Notes: generated by a model not told the origin, from the letters alone. DNA of 64,000 nt from Gammaproteobacteria bacterium (GCA_045564455.1 JBJLHG010000002.1:679877-743876); one strand, 5' to 3'. Shown: positions 49,556 to 60,560, numbered from the stretch's first letter. Numbers and translations: made by a program.

Positions 49556-50468
49556 AAAATTATTTAAATACTATTTAGTATTCATTATTTCTTTATTTGT
49601 AAATATAGTTTCCACAGATGATTCTTCTAAAGCTTATCGATTAAATTCAGAACAATTTTTATCTGAAGATATAATTTATATCGATACTAATAATTATGAC
49701 AATCTATGGTCTATCGGTATTGAGATAAAAGAATCGTTAGATCAATTTTCTGTTTATCAAATTATGATTTCCATATTAGAATCAAATGAAGACGCATTTA
49801 GCAAATTAAATATAAATTATTTATCTAAAGGTTATATTTTAGAAGTTCCGCTTAGAAAAATAGCCCAATATGATCCCTTCAATTCTATAAGAGAAACCGC
49901 TAAACAAAATTTAGAAGCAAATATAAAGCCAGTCGATTATAGTTATTTAGAAGATGTTTTAGTTTTATCTGAGCCGGATGTCTTTTTGATGAATTCAAAT
50001 GATGATCTCTTGAATGTTTCAGGAGATTTATCTACAAATGACTCTATTATTGTTTTTGATGCAAATCAGATAATCAAAAATGATATTCCAGCATTCGAAA
50101 TTGAATCAAATAATATAAATAGATTAGAAAAAAATTTAAAAACAAATATAGAAAATAAAAATCTAATGGACTCATATATTTATTTATTAATCGCATTAGG
50201 AATTTTGTTTCTAATTTTTTTAATTTTAAGAATAAGATCATCAAAGCTAGAAGAATCAATGGAAGGTGATGAAGAATTAGACAAAGTTTTAGATGAAGAG
50301 TTTGGGGAGATTGGTAACCCTACCCAAGCAAGAATAAATCTAGCAATAACTTATATAGAAATGAAAGATTCTGATAAAGCAAAAAAACTTTTAGATAAAG
50401 TTTTAGAATCAAATCCGAATTCCTTGCAAAAAGAACAAGCTCTTAGCCTATTAAAAAAAATTGACTAG
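49536..50468 (+). CDS. fimV: Minimal FimV-like protein (N-terminal LysM-like region, one TM, C-terminal FimV motif)
   Basis: Signal/anchor, TM YIYLLIALGILFLIFLIL, C-terminus NPTQARINLAITYIEMKDSDKAKKLLDKVL resembles the conserved FimV C-terminal domain. Syntenic position asd-fimV-truA. Confidence 0.6.
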   Translation: MKLSIFKKLFKYYLVFIISLFVNIVSTDDSSKAYRLNSEQFLSEDIIYIDTNNYDNLWSIGIEIKESLDQFSVYQIMISILESNEDAFSKLNINYLSKGYILEVPLRKIAQYDPFNSIRETAKQNLEANIKPVDYSYLEDVLVLSEPDVFLMNSNDDLLNVSGDLSTNDSIIVFDANQIIKNDIPAFEIESNNINRLEKNLKTNIENKNLMDSYIYLLIALGILFLIFLILRIRSSKLEESMEGDEELDKVLDEEFGEIGNPTQARINLAITYIEMKDSDKAKKLLDKVLESNPNSLQKEQALSLLKKID

Positions 50469-51255
50469 AGTAGCTTTAGGAATTGAGTATTTTGGAACCG
50501 AATATAGTGGTTGGCAAAAGCAAAAAACTACTAAAAATACTATTCAAGAGATTCTTGAAAATGCTCTGTCACAAATTGCAGACCATGAAATTAAAACAAT
50601 ATGTTCTGGGAGAACTGATGCAGGAGTACATGCTTTATCACAAATAATTCATTTTGATTCATCATCCAAAAGATTTCAAAAGGCTTGGATTAAAGGAACA
50701 AATTCAATTCTGCCAAATAATATTTCAGTAATTTGGGCAAAAAAAGTTCCTAATAAATTCCATGCTCGTTTTTCTGCTATTAATAGAACATATAAATATT
50801 TAGTTGTTAATAAAACTCAAGACTCAATTTTAAGGTCTAAAAAATCAATATTAATTAAAGAAAAATTAAATTTAGAAATAATGAGAGAAGCATCACAATA
50901 TCTTTTAGGAGAACAAGATTTTTCCTCTTTTAGGGCTTCAGGATGTCAATCTAAAACAGCTATGAGAGATATAAAGCAAATAATAATACTTAAGAATAAA
51001 AATACTTTTACAATTGAAATTTCTGCTAATGCTTTTCTTTTAAACATGGTGAGAATTATTGTAGGAACCTTAATTGATTTTGGAATAAATAATAGCGATC
51101 CAACTATAATGAAAAATATTTTAGATAGCCGTGACAGAAAGCTAGCAGGTAAAACTGTAAATCCTGATGGGTTATATTTTATAGGTCCGGAATACCCTGA
51201 TGAATTTAAAATTAAAAAACCTCCCTTTAGCCAACAAATAATCCCATTTGGATAA
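50461..51255 (+). CDS. truA: tRNA pseudouridine(38-40) synthase
   Basis: TTG start. ALGIEYFGTEYSGWQKQ, GRTDAGVHA catalytic Asp motif. Confidence 0.9.
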   Translation: MTRVALGIEYFGTEYSGWQKQKTTKNTIQEILENALSQIADHEIKTICSGRTDAGVHALSQIIHFDSSSKRFQKAWIKGTNSILPNNISVIWAKKVPNKFHARFSAINRTYKYLVVNKTQDSILRSKKSILIKEKLNLEIMREASQYLLGEQDFSSFRASGCQSKTAMRDIKQIIILKNKNTFTIEISANAFLLNMVRIIVGTLIDFGINNSDPTIMKNILDSRDRKLAGKTVNPDGLYFIGPEYPDEFKIKKPPFSQQIIPFG

Positions 51256-51256
51256 T

Positions 51257-51880
51257 ATGAAAAATACTTTTATTAAAATTTGTGGAATTAAAAACTCTCA
51301 AGACGCTCTTACTTCTATCAATAATGGTGCTGACGCTATTGGTTTTATACAAACAAAAGAAAGCTCAAGGTTTATTTCTATAGAAGAATTAAATTTAATT
51401 AAAAAATCTATAGGAAGCGAGCGCCTAACCGTCCCTGTTTTTGTTAATCCAACAAAAAGTGAAGTTAATAGTTTTTTAAAAATCTTTCCAAATAGCATTA
51501 TTCAATTTCATGGTGAAGAGGATATATTTTTTTGCTCATCTTTTAAAAAACCATTTATCAAGGCAATAAATTTTAAAAATAAATCTGACTTAGTTGATAA
51601 ATTTGAAATTTATAAAGAAGCATTTGCTTTTTTAGTAGATTCAGGAAACTCTGAAAATAGAGGAGGAACTGGTGATTCATTTGATTGGAAGCTTATTCCA
51701 AAAGAGCTTGAGCAAAAGATAATTATTGCGGGAGGATTAGATTCAAATAATATACATATATTGTTTGAGACTCTTACACCTTTTGGAGTAGATGTAAGTA
51801 GTGGAGTTGAAAGTATAAAGGGTGTAAAAGACTCTTTAAAGATAAAAAATTTTATAGATAAGGTAAGAAATTATGAGTAA
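51257..51880 (+). CDS. trpF: Phosphoribosylanthranilate isomerase
   Basis: [11 protein letters not shown].. typical TrpF start. The track TTG at 51248 is probably over-extended. LAGGL-type motif [10 protein letters not shown]. Confidence 0.85.
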   Translation: MKNTFIKICGIKNSQDALTSINNGADAIGFIQTKESSRFISIEELNLIKKSIGSERLTVPVFVNPTKSEVNSFLKIFPNSIIQFHGEEDIFFCSSFKKPFIKAINFKNKSDLVDKFEIYKEAFAFLVDSGNSENRGGTGDSFDWKLIPKELEQKIIIAGGLDSNNIHILFETLTPFGVDVSSGVESIKGVKDSLKIKNFIDKVRNYE

Positions 51881-53078
51881 TGAAAACTATAATTTTCCTG
51901 ATAAAGACGGAAGGTATGGAGAATTTGGAGGTAAGTATGTTTCTGAAACCCTTATTTCAGCTTTAGATGAGTTAGAGGAAACCTATAATTCTTTTAAAGA
52001 AAAGAAATCATTTAAAGAAGAGATTTTAAATGATTTAGCTACATTTGTTGGTAGGCCATCTCCGTTATATTTTGCTAGAAGATGGTCAGAAACTCTAGGA
52101 GGAGCGAAGATTTATCTAAAAAGAGAAGATCTCAATCATACTGGCGCTCACAAAATTAATAATACAGTTGGTCAGGTTTTACTTGCAAAAAAAATGGGTA
52201 AAACTAGAATTATTGCTGAAACTGGGGCAGGTCAGCATGGCGTTGCTACGGCTGCTGTAGCTGCTAGACACGGTTTGAAATGTGTAATCTTTATGGGAGA
52301 AGAAGACATAGAAAGGCAATCTCCCAATGTGTACAGAATGAAATTATTGGGTGCAGAAGTTTGTGCAGTAGATTCTGGAACAAAGACTCTCAAAGATGCA
52401 ATGAATGAAGCAATGAGAGATTGGGTAACTAATGTAGACGACACTCACTATATCATCGGAAGTGTTGCTGGTCCTCACCCTTATCCTCAAATTGTTAGAG
52501 ACTTTAATTCGGTGGTAGGAATAGAATTAAAAACTCAGTCAAGGGAATTATTTGGGAGATATCCAGATAAAATAATTGCCTGTGTAGGAGGAGGATCGAA
52601 CGCAATGGGAATCTTTCATCCTTTTATAAAGGATAATTCTGTAGATTTAATTGGAGTTGAGGCTGGAGGGTCTGGAGTAAATACAGGGAAGCATGCTGCT
52701 CCACTAAGTGACGGTTCTGTTGGGGTGCTGCATGGAATGAAGACCTATCTTATGCAAGACAATGCTGGTCAAATCTTATCTACTCATTCGGTTTCGGCTG
52801 GTTTAGATTATCCTGGAGTAGGTCCAGAACATTCATATCTTAGAGACTCTGGAAGAGTCATTTATGAAGCAGCAACAGACAAGGAGGCCTTGGATGGCTT
52901 TCATGATTTAACTAAAACTGAAGGTATTATGCCTGCTTTAGAAACAGCTCATGCCTTAGCATATGCTAAAAAAATTGCTCCCAATTTAGATAGTGAAGAG
53001 ATTATTGTTGTAAATCTTTCAGGTAGAGGCGATAAAGATATGGCTAATGTTGCAAAAGTTGAAGGACTTTCTTTGTGA
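51873..53078 (+). CDS. trpB: Tryptophan synthase beta chain
   Basis: [12 protein letters not shown]-lysine motif, [13 protein letters not shown]. Confidence 0.95.
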   Translation: MSNENYNFPDKDGRYGEFGGKYVSETLISALDELEETYNSFKEKKSFKEEILNDLATFVGRPSPLYFARRWSETLGGAKIYLKREDLNHTGAHKINNTVGQVLLAKKMGKTRIIAETGAGQHGVATAAVAARHGLKCVIFMGEEDIERQSPNVYRMKLLGAEVCAVDSGTKTLKDAMNEAMRDWVTNVDDTHYIIGSVAGPHPYPQIVRDFNSVVGIELKTQSRELFGRYPDKIIACVGGGSNAMGIFHPFIKDNSVDLIGVEAGGSGVNTGKHAAPLSDGSVGVLHGMKTYLMQDNAGQILSTHSVSAGLDYPGVGPEHSYLRDSGRVIYEAATDKEALDGFHDLTKTEGIMPALETAHALAYAKKIAPNLDSEEIIVVNLSGRGDKDMANVAKVEGLSL

Positions 53079-53884
53079 GCTTAATAAAGGAAAAGTTCAA
53101 ATCTCTAGCGTTAAATAATGAAAAGGCACTCGTAACATATTCTGTTGCAGGTGATCCTGATATTGATTCATCAGAAAAAATAATTGAAGAGTTTATTGAG
53201 AATGGCGCCGATATAATTGAAATAGGAGTGCCTTTTTCCGATCCTATGGCAGAAGGACCAGTTATTCAGTTAGGTCACGAAAGAGCCTTATTAAATAAAA
53301 TTAGTATAGAAGACATTCTCTCTATGTCACGCAGAATTAAAAGAAAATATATAAATACTCCTCTAGTTTTAATGGGATATATGAATAATTTTTTGTCTCT
53401 AGGTGATGAACTTTTTAGTAAACTAAAAGATAATGGCATTGATGGTCTTATAATTGTAGATCTTCCTTATGAAGAAAGTTCGGCGTTTTTAAAAAAATTA
53501 AATAAAGAAAATATTGATTTAATAAGACTAATCTCACCGACAACAACTCAAGAGAGAATAAATAAAATTATCTCGACTTCTTCAGGTTACTTGTATTACA
53601 TATCTTTAAAAGGCGTTACTGGTTCTAACATTAGTATTTCTTCTGACTTAGATGAAAGGATAAAAAATATTAAAGAACAAACTGAGTTACCCATAGTTGT
53701 TGGATTTGGAATAAAAGACTCTTATACAGCGAATAAAATGGCATCAATTTCTGATGGAGTAGTAGTGGGAAGCAAGTTAGTAGATGAAATTAGTAAGTTA
53801 GAGAACTCAGGTGAGATTCGATCAAATGATAATTTAAAGTCTATAATTAAGGATTTGAAGTGCGGTATAAATAATTATGGCTAA
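53075..53884 (+). CDS. trpA: Tryptophan synthase alpha chain
   Basis: GTG start overlapping the trpB stop (GTGA). [21 protein letters not shown] motifs. Confidence 0.9.
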   Translation: MSLIKEKFKSLALNNEKALVTYSVAGDPDIDSSEKIIEEFIENGADIIEIGVPFSDPMAEGPVIQLGHERALLNKISIEDILSMSRRIKRKYINTPLVLMGYMNNFLSLGDELFSKLKDNGIDGLIIVDLPYEESSAFLKKLNKENIDLIRLISPTTTQERINKIISTSSGYLYYISLKGVTGSNISISSDLDERIKNIKEQTELPIVVGFGIKDSYTANKMASISDGVVVGSKLVDEISKLENSGEIRSNDNLKSIIKDLKCGINNYG

Positions 53885-54740
53885 AGGATGGTTTAATAAG
53901 ATTCTTCCTTCTTTTGTAAGAACTGATAATTCTGAAGAGAAAAAAAGTCCAGTTCCTCAAGGGCTCTGGCAAAGCTGCAGCAATTGTAAGGAAATAATTT
54001 ACGGTCCTGATTTAGAATCAAATTTATATGTGTGCATGAATTGTGATCATCACATAAGAATTGGAGCAAGACATAGGCTTAGCTACTTATTCGATGATAA
54101 TTTATTTGAAGAAATATCATCTAAATTAGAACCAAAGGACTGGTTAGGTTTCAAAGATTCTAAAAGATATAAAGACAGACTTTCGGAAGCCCAATCAAAA
54201 GTAGATGAAAAAGAAGCTCTTGTGGCAGCTATTGGTAATTTAAACGACAAAGAGGTTGTTATTGTCGCATTTGAGTTTAGATTTATGGGCGGATCTATGG
54301 GGTCGGTTGTGGGTCAAAAATTTATAGATGCTGTCAATACAGCTATCGAAAAAAAATGTCCTTTTATTTGTTTTTCCACTTCTGGCGGAGCAAGAATGCA
54401 AGAGTCATTATTTTCTTTATTTCAAATGACAAGAACCAGCGCTGTTTTAAGTACTTTAAAAGATAATAAACTTCCTTATATTTCAGTTTTGACTGATCCA
54501 ATTTTTGGAGGAGTAGCAGCTAGTTTAGCTATGTTAGGAGACATTAATATTGCTGAACCAAAAGCACAAGTAGGATTTGCAGGACCAAGAGTTATAGAAG
54601 ATACAGTTAGAGTTAAACTTCCGGAAGGGTTTCAAAAAAGTGAATTTTTACTCAACCACGGACAGATAGATATGATAGTTCATAGATCAAAATTGAAAGA
54701 TAAGTTGTCAAGTTTAATAACTAAACTACATCATTCATAA
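53877..54740 (+). CDS. accD: Acetyl-CoA carboxylase carboxyltransferase beta subunit
   Basis: Zinc ribbon CSNC..CMNC, GGSMGSVVG, SGGARMQE. Confidence 0.95.
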   Translation: MAKGWFNKILPSFVRTDNSEEKKSPVPQGLWQSCSNCKEIIYGPDLESNLYVCMNCDHHIRIGARHRLSYLFDDNLFEEISSKLEPKDWLGFKDSKRYKDRLSEAQSKVDEKEALVAAIGNLNDKEVVIVAFEFRFMGGSMGSVVGQKFIDAVNTAIEKKCPFICFSTSGGARMQESLFSLFQMTRTSAVLSTLKDNKLPYISVLTDPIFGGVAASLAMLGDINIAEPKAQVGFAGPRVIEDTVRVKLPEGFQKSEFLLNHGQIDMIVHRSKLKDKLSSLITKLHHS

Positions 54741-54743
54741 GTT

Positions 54744-55958
54744 TTGCCTGACCTTAGCTCTTGGTTCGTTTCTAAATCTCAGGATTATCAACTTAATAAA
54801 AAAGTAAATTTATCCTCTTTAAAAAATTTAATTTCTAAATTATCCATCAAGCCACCTAAGAAAATAATTTCTATAACAGGTACAAATGGCAAAGGCTCTA
54901 CTGCATTTTTAATAAATCAAGTTCTTAGTAAAAAATATAAAGTTGGATATTATTCTTCACCTCATCTAGTAAGGCCTAATGAAAGAATCATAATAAAAAA
55001 TAAATATGCATCAGATTCTTCAATAAAAGAATCATTTAAAATTATTGAAGAAATTAATAACAAGGAATTAAATTTTTATCAGCTTTTTTCATTAGCTGCA
55101 TTTAATCTCTTTTCAAAGAATGATCTAGATGTATGGATATTAGAAGCTGGAATAGGTGGAAGACTCGATCCTATAAACTGTTTTGATGCTGATATATCAA
55201 TCATTACAAATCTAGCTTTAGATCATGAAGAAATTCTTGGGGATGATTTAGAAAAAATTGGATACGAAAAATCAGGTATTTTAAGAAAAAAACAATCTTT
55301 AGTGTATGGCGATAATTTCATTCCCAAATCAATTTCAAAAAAAATCGATGAATTGAAGGTTAATTTTCTTCAAAATAAGAAAGATTTTTTTTTAAAAAAA
55401 GAAAATAATTTTTATGAATGGAATAATATTAAAATTGAAAATTGTAATATTCATTCAAATTCATTAGCTTTAGGGTTGCAAACAATTGAATTGATTGATG
55501 AAACATTAATAAATGACAGTCTTTTCAAATTAAAATCACCAATCTTTAAGGGAAGATGTCACTTGATTGGTAATAAATTTTTAGTCGATGTTGCTCATAA
55601 TGAGAATGCTGCAATACATTTAAGAAATTTTATTAAAAGTAATAATTTAAATAATAGAAAGATTTATGCAGTCTTTAGCTGTTCTCATAATAAAAATATA
55701 GAAGATATTATCAAACCATTTATAGATATTGTTTCTTCTTGGGCTATACCTAAAATTAACAATGATAGACTTGCTTCCCAAATTCATTTAAAAAGTTTGT
55801 TTAAAGAAAAATTTAATATTGAGATAAGTTTGCATAAATCACTTAAAGAAAGCTTAGATCTATATAATAAAAATGAAGAAAATCCACTAATACTTATTTT
55901 TGGATCATTTTATTTAGCTGGAGAGTTTTATAAAGAAGAGGCTGGATTAAATGTATAA
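54744..55958 (+). CDS. folC: Bifunctional folylpolyglutamate synthase / dihydrofolate synthase
   Basis: ITGTNGKGST P-loop, Mur-ligase fold. accD-folC synteny. TTG start (uncertain). Confidence 0.85.
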   Translation: MPDLSSWFVSKSQDYQLNKKVNLSSLKNLISKLSIKPPKKIISITGTNGKGSTAFLINQVLSKKYKVGYYSSPHLVRPNERIIIKNKYASDSSIKESFKIIEEINNKELNFYQLFSLAAFNLFSKNDLDVWILEAGIGGRLDPINCFDADISIITNLALDHEEILGDDLEKIGYEKSGILRKKQSLVYGDNFIPKSISKKIDELKVNFLQNKKDFFLKKENNFYEWNNIKIENCNIHSNSLALGLQTIELIDETLINDSLFKLKSPIFKGRCHLIGNKFLVDVAHNENAAIHLRNFIKSNNLNNRKIYAVFSCSHNKNIEDIIKPFIDIVSSWAIPKINNDRLASQIHLKSLFKEKFNIEISLHKSLKESLDLYNKNEENPLILIFGSFYLAGEFYKEEAGLNV

Positions 55959-55989
55959 TATGACTTTCTATAAACTAATATCACTATAA

Positions 55990-56514
55990 ATGGACTTTCT
56001 GCTTTATTTTAATTGGTTTGATTTTTTAGTATCTTTATTTTTAGGAACTTTTGTCGTTCTAGGTATAGTAAAGGGTTTTTATCAAGAGTTTATATCTATT
56101 GGAATTTGGATTTCGTCCATTGTTGTAGCTTGGATTTTTAGAGATTATCCAAATAATTTTATCAGCTCGATTATTGCAGATAAAGAAATGCAAGAATTGT
56201 TTTCTTTTTTATTGATTTTTATTATTGTTTTTTTATTTTTTAGAATTATTGGAAAAGCCTTAATTAAAGGAATTAATTCTATGCAAAAAAGCGCAATGGA
56301 TAGGCTTCTAGGAAGTTTTGTTGGTTTTGCGAAAGGATCTATATTTATTATTACTGTTTTTTTATTAAGTGACGAATATATAATGCAAAAGGATTGGTGG
56401 AAATCAAGTTATCTATCTGATCAAATTTATTCCTCAGCAGAGTTGGTTGGAAGTTTTGTTGGAAGCGTTCCTTATCAAGAGTTAAAAGAAATAAAAGTGG
56501 AAAATAACAATTAA
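55990..56514 (+). CDS. cvpA: CvpA-family membrane protein
   Basis: 174 aa, 4 TM, DFLV..G..KGF start typical of CvpA. folC-cvpA-purF synteny. Confidence 0.8.
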   Translation: MDFLLYFNWFDFLVSLFLGTFVVLGIVKGFYQEFISIGIWISSIVVAWIFRDYPNNFISSIIADKEMQELFSFLLIFIIVFLFFRIIGKALIKGINSMQKSAMDRLLGSFVGFAKGSIFIITVFLLSDEYIMQKDWWKSSYLSDQIYSSAELVGSFVGSVPYQELKEIKVENNN

Positions 56515-57984
56515 ATGTGTGGTGTAGTTGGGTTAGTGTCTAAAAACGAAGTTTCACCGTCTCTATATGAGGCTTTAACTGTCATCCAGCATAGAGGACA
56601 AGATGCAGCTGGGATTGCAACTCTAGAAGAGGGTAGATTGCACACAAGAAAACAAATTGGTTTAGTAAGAGACGTATTTAGGGAAAAACACATTAATGAA
56701 TTAAGGGGCCAAATAGGAATTGGCCATGTTAGATATCCAACGGCAGGTGGAGCAAGTAGAGAATTTTCCCAACCACTTTACGTAAATTCTCCATATGGAA
56801 TTAGTATTAGCCATAATGGAAATTTGGTAAATGCTGAACAACTTACTAAGGAATTATATAAGGATAATTTCAGACACTTAAATACGTCGTCCGACTCAGA
56901 GGTGATATTGAATGTCTTTGCTCATGAATTGCAACAGGCAAGTTCTTTTAACCCAACACCAGAACAAATTTTTCAGGCCGTTGAAAAGACTCATTTGAGA
57001 CTAAAAGGAGCCTATTCTGTTTTGTTAATGATAAGTGGCGTAGGCTTAATTGGAATAAGAGATCCAAAAGGAATAAGACCGCTAATTTTGGGCAAAAAAG
57101 ATAATGACCTGATAGGCTCGGATTATATGATGGCTTCAGAAAGTCCTGCATTAAGTGCTCTTGAATTTGATATAGAAGGAGATTTGAAACCCGGAGAGGC
57201 TGTTTTTATAACACTTGAAGGCGAAATACATAGAAAAGTTTGTCACAGCAATCCTTCTAAAAATCCATGTATATTTGAGTATGTTTACTTAGCTAGACCA
57301 GATGCAGTAATAGATGGAATTTCTGTTATGAGATCAAGATTGAGAATGGGTCAAAAGTTAGGAAAAAAAATTCTAGATACTTACCCGGATCATGATATTG
57401 ATGCAGTCATTCCTATCCCAGAAAGTAGCACTTCTTCGGCAATTGAAGTAGCCAAAACTTTAAACGTTAACTATAGAGAAGGCTTTGTTAAAAATAGATA
57501 TATAGGCAGAACTTTCATTATGCCAAAGCAGGAATTAAGAAAAAAATCTGTAAGAAGAAAGCTAAATCCGATTCCATTTGAATTTAAAGATAAAAATGTT
57601 TTATTAGTCGATGATTCGATTGTTAGAGGAACTACTAGCAGAGAAATCGTAGAGATGGCCAGAAGTGTTGGAGCAAAAAAAGTTTATTTTGCTTCAGCTG
57701 CTCCTCCAGTAAGACATCAAAATGTTTATGGAATAGATATGGCAGCTACTGCTGAGTTGATAGCACACCAAAGATCAGAAGAACAAATTGCAGATTTTAT
57801 TGGAGCTGATTGGCTTATTTATCAAAATCTTGAAGATTTAATAGAGTCTGCAAAAGAAGGAAATCCAAAAATAGATAATTTTGAGACTTCAGTTTTTGAT
57901 GGAGATTATATTTGCGGCTCTGTGACCAAAGATTATTTAACTAATTTAGAAATAGAAAGAAAAGATACCAATAAGAGGGATTAA
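56515..57984 (+). CDS. purF: Amidophosphoribosyltransferase
   Basis: MCG(V/I)VG Ntn start, RGQDAAG, VDDSIVRGTT PRTase motif. Confidence 0.95.
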   Translation: MCGVVGLVSKNEVSPSLYEALTVIQHRGQDAAGIATLEEGRLHTRKQIGLVRDVFREKHINELRGQIGIGHVRYPTAGGASREFSQPLYVNSPYGISISHNGNLVNAEQLTKELYKDNFRHLNTSSDSEVILNVFAHELQQASSFNPTPEQIFQAVEKTHLRLKGAYSVLLMISGVGLIGIRDPKGIRPLILGKKDNDLIGSDYMMASESPALSALEFDIEGDLKPGEAVFITLEGEIHRKVCHSNPSKNPCIFEYVYLARPDAVIDGISVMRSRLRMGQKLGKKILDTYPDHDIDAVIPIPESSTSSAIEVAKTLNVNYREGFVKNRYIGRTFIMPKQELRKKSVRRKLNPIPFEFKDKNVLLVDDSIVRGTTSREIVEMARSVGAKKVYFASAAPPVRHQNVYGIDMAATAELIAHQRSEEQIADFIGADWLIYQNLEDLIESAKEGNPKIDNFETSVFDGDYICGSVTKDYLTNLEIERKDTNKRD

Positions 57985-60560
57985 TTAGTTTCTATAGTTA
58001 CAGTTGGCAAAGATGCATTATCAGCTGCTTTTTTATAAGAAGAAATTTGATCAAAATTCATATATTTAAAAATATCTTCTGACATTGTATTTATGTTTTT
58101 CATGTATGATTGGTATTCATCAAGAGAGGGAAGTTTTCCAAGAATTGATGTTATTGCAGCTAATTCAGCTGAGGATAAATAGACATTAGCACCATCTCCC
58201 AATCTGTTTGGAAAATTTCTAGTTGACGTAGATACAACAGTACAATTTGGCTCAACTCTTGCTTGATTACCCATACAAAGTGAGCAGCCAGGAATTTCAG
58301 TTCTTACGCCTGCATTTTCGTAGATCTTATAAAAACCTTCTTCTTCTAACTGAAACTTATCCATTCTTGTTGGAGGCGAGATCCAAAGTCTTGTTGGAAG
58401 TTCATTTGCATTCTCTAAAAGTTTTCCTGCAGCTCTAAAGTGTCCAATATTTGTCATACAAGAACCTATGAAAACTTCATCAATTTTTTCTTCGCCTATT
58501 TCACTCAATGTTTTTATATCGTCAGGGTCGTTTGGACAGGCTAAAAGTGGTTCAGTAATTTCATCTAAATTTATCTCAATAATCTCAGCATAATCAGCAT
58601 CTTTATCTGGCTTAAGTAGTACAGGATTCTTTATCCATTCTTCCATTTTTTGAGCTCTTCTTTCTAAAGTTCTTGGATCTCCATAACCTTCTGATATCAA
58701 CCATCTAAGTAAAACAATATTGGAATTTAAATATTCAATAATTGGAGCTTCATCTAATAATACTGTACAACCAGATGCTGATCTTTCAGCAGAAGCATCT
58801 GATAATTCAAAGGCCTGCTCAATTTTTAAATCTGATAAACCTTCAATTTCTAGACACCTACCAGAAAATACATTTTTTTTGCCTTCTTTTTCAACAGTTA
58901 AAAGGCCTTTTTGTATAGCTGCGTAAGGAATAGCATTAACTAAATCTCTAAGGGTTATTCCCGGCTGCATTTTTCCAGAAAATCTTACTAAAACTGATTC
59001 TGGCATATCGAGAGGTATTACTCCTAAAGCAGCTCCAAATGCTACTAATCCAGAACCTGCTGGAAAACTAATACCGATTGGAAAACGAGTGTGTGAATCT
59101 CCACCAGTACCCACTGTATCTGGTAAAAGCATTCGATTTAACCAAGAATGAATTATGCCGTCACCTGGCTTTAAAGCTACTCCTCCTCTAGTTTTAATAA
59201 ACTCTGGAAGAGTGTGTTGAGTTTCAATATCAACAGGCTTTGGATAAGCAGCTGTATGACAAAAAGATTGCATAACTAGATCAGAGGAAAAGCCAAGACA
59301 TGCTAATTCTTTGAGCTCATCCCTTGTCATTGGCCCTGTCGTATCCTGGGAACCGACAGTAGTCATTATGGGTTCACAATAAACCCCAGGTCTTACTCCT
59401 TCTACTCCACAAGCTTTACCAACCATTTTTTGGGCTAATGTATATCCAACTTTTGATCCATCTCCCTTACCAGGACGAACAAATACGTCCGTAGGAGGTA
59501 AGTCTAAAAATTCTCTAGCCTTATCCGTGAGACTTCTGCCTATTATTAGAGGAATTCTTCCTCCAGCTCTTACTTCATCAAGAAAAGTTTCAGATTTAAG
59601 CTCAAAAGAAGTAATCAATTCACCTTTTTCATTTTTTATTTTTCCCTCATGAGGAAAGATGCTAATCAGATCGCTAGTATTTATTTGATCTACATCTGCC
59701 TCAAAAACTAAAGTACCAGCATCTTCCATAGTATTAAAAAATATTGGCGCAATCTTACTTCCAATACAAATTCCGCCTGTTTTTTTATTGGGTATAAAAG
59801 GTATATCGTCACCCATATGCCATAAGACTGAATTAGTTGCTGATTTTCTTGATGATCCTGTTCCAACAACATCTCCAGCTAAAGTAACTGGATATCCTGT
59901 TTTTTTTAAGTTTTCTATTTCTTCGAGAGGCTTATCTGATAGTCCTTCTCGCGGCATTTTATACATCGCTAACGCATGTAAAGGAATATCAGGTCTAGAC
60001 CAAGCATCTGGGGCAGGAGAAAGATCATCCGTATTTGTTTCACCAGGAACTTTAAATATTATAGTTTCAATTTTTTTTTGAACTTCAGGCTTTGACGTAA
60101 ACCATTCGGCATTTGCCCATGAATTCAAAATTTTTAATGCATTCTTTGATGATTTAGACATTTCAGCAATGTCATTAAATGCATCAAAAACTAGAAGTGT
60201 TTTAGATAAAGCCTCAACAGCAGTTTCGCCGCAGATTTCATCATCAATAAGAGATATTAAGGGCTCAACATTATACCCACCCAACATAGTACCTAAATAG
60301 AAGGTAGCTTCTTTTGAATCCAGAACTTTTGTGACTATCTCTTTTTTTGCAACATCAAACAAAAACGCAGCTTTGACGTATGCCGCATCATCAACACCTG
60401 CAGGAACTCTTTCTGTTAGAAGTGTCAAAAGCTCCTCGTTTTTACCATCAGATTTTTTTATTAACTCTACTAATTGAGAGGTCTGTTCAGCATCTAGAGG
60501 AAGTGGAGGTATACCCATATCAGCCCTTTCCTTGACTGATTTATAATAATTTTCAAGCAT
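57981..60560 (-). CDS. acnB: Aconitate hydratase 2 / 2-methylisocitrate dehydratase
   Basis: 859 aa collinear with E. coli AcnB (MLE.Y...ERA..GIPPLPL start; GSCMTN, CSLCMGNQ Fe-S ligand motifs). Confidence 0.95.
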   Translation of the reverse strand: MLENYYKSVKERADMGIPPLPLDAEQTSQLVELIKKSDGKNEELLTLLTERVPAGVDDAAYVKAAFLFDVAKKEIVTKVLDSKEATFYLGTMLGGYNVEPLISLIDDEICGETAVEALSKTLLVFDAFNDIAEMSKSSKNALKILNSWANAEWFTSKPEVQKKIETIIFKVPGETNTDDLSPAPDAWSRPDIPLHALAMYKMPREGLSDKPLEEIENLKKTGYPVTLAGDVVGTGSSRKSATNSVLWHMGDDIPFIPNKKTGGICIGSKIAPIFFNTMEDAGTLVFEADVDQINTSDLISIFPHEGKIKNEKGELITSFELKSETFLDEVRAGGRIPLIIGRSLTDKAREFLDLPPTDVFVRPGKGDGSKVGYTLAQKMVGKACGVEGVRPGVYCEPIMTTVGSQDTTGPMTRDELKELACLGFSSDLVMQSFCHTAAYPKPVDIETQHTLPEFIKTRGGVALKPGDGIIHSWLNRMLLPDTVGTGGDSHTRFPIGISFPAGSGLVAFGAALGVIPLDMPESVLVRFSGKMQPGITLRDLVNAIPYAAIQKGLLTVEKEGKKNVFSGRCLEIEGLSDLKIEQAFELSDASAERSASGCTVLLDEAPIIEYLNSNIVLLRWLISEGYGDPRTLERRAQKMEEWIKNPVLLKPDKDADYAEIIEINLDEITEPLLACPNDPDDIKTLSEIGEEKIDEVFIGSCMTNIGHFRAAGKLLENANELPTRLWISPPTRMDKFQLEEEGFYKIYENAGVRTEIPGCSLCMGNQARVEPNCTVVSTSTRNFPNRLGDGANVYLSSAELAAITSILGKLPSLDEYQSYMKNINTMSEDIFKYMNFDQISSYKKAADNASLPTVTIETN

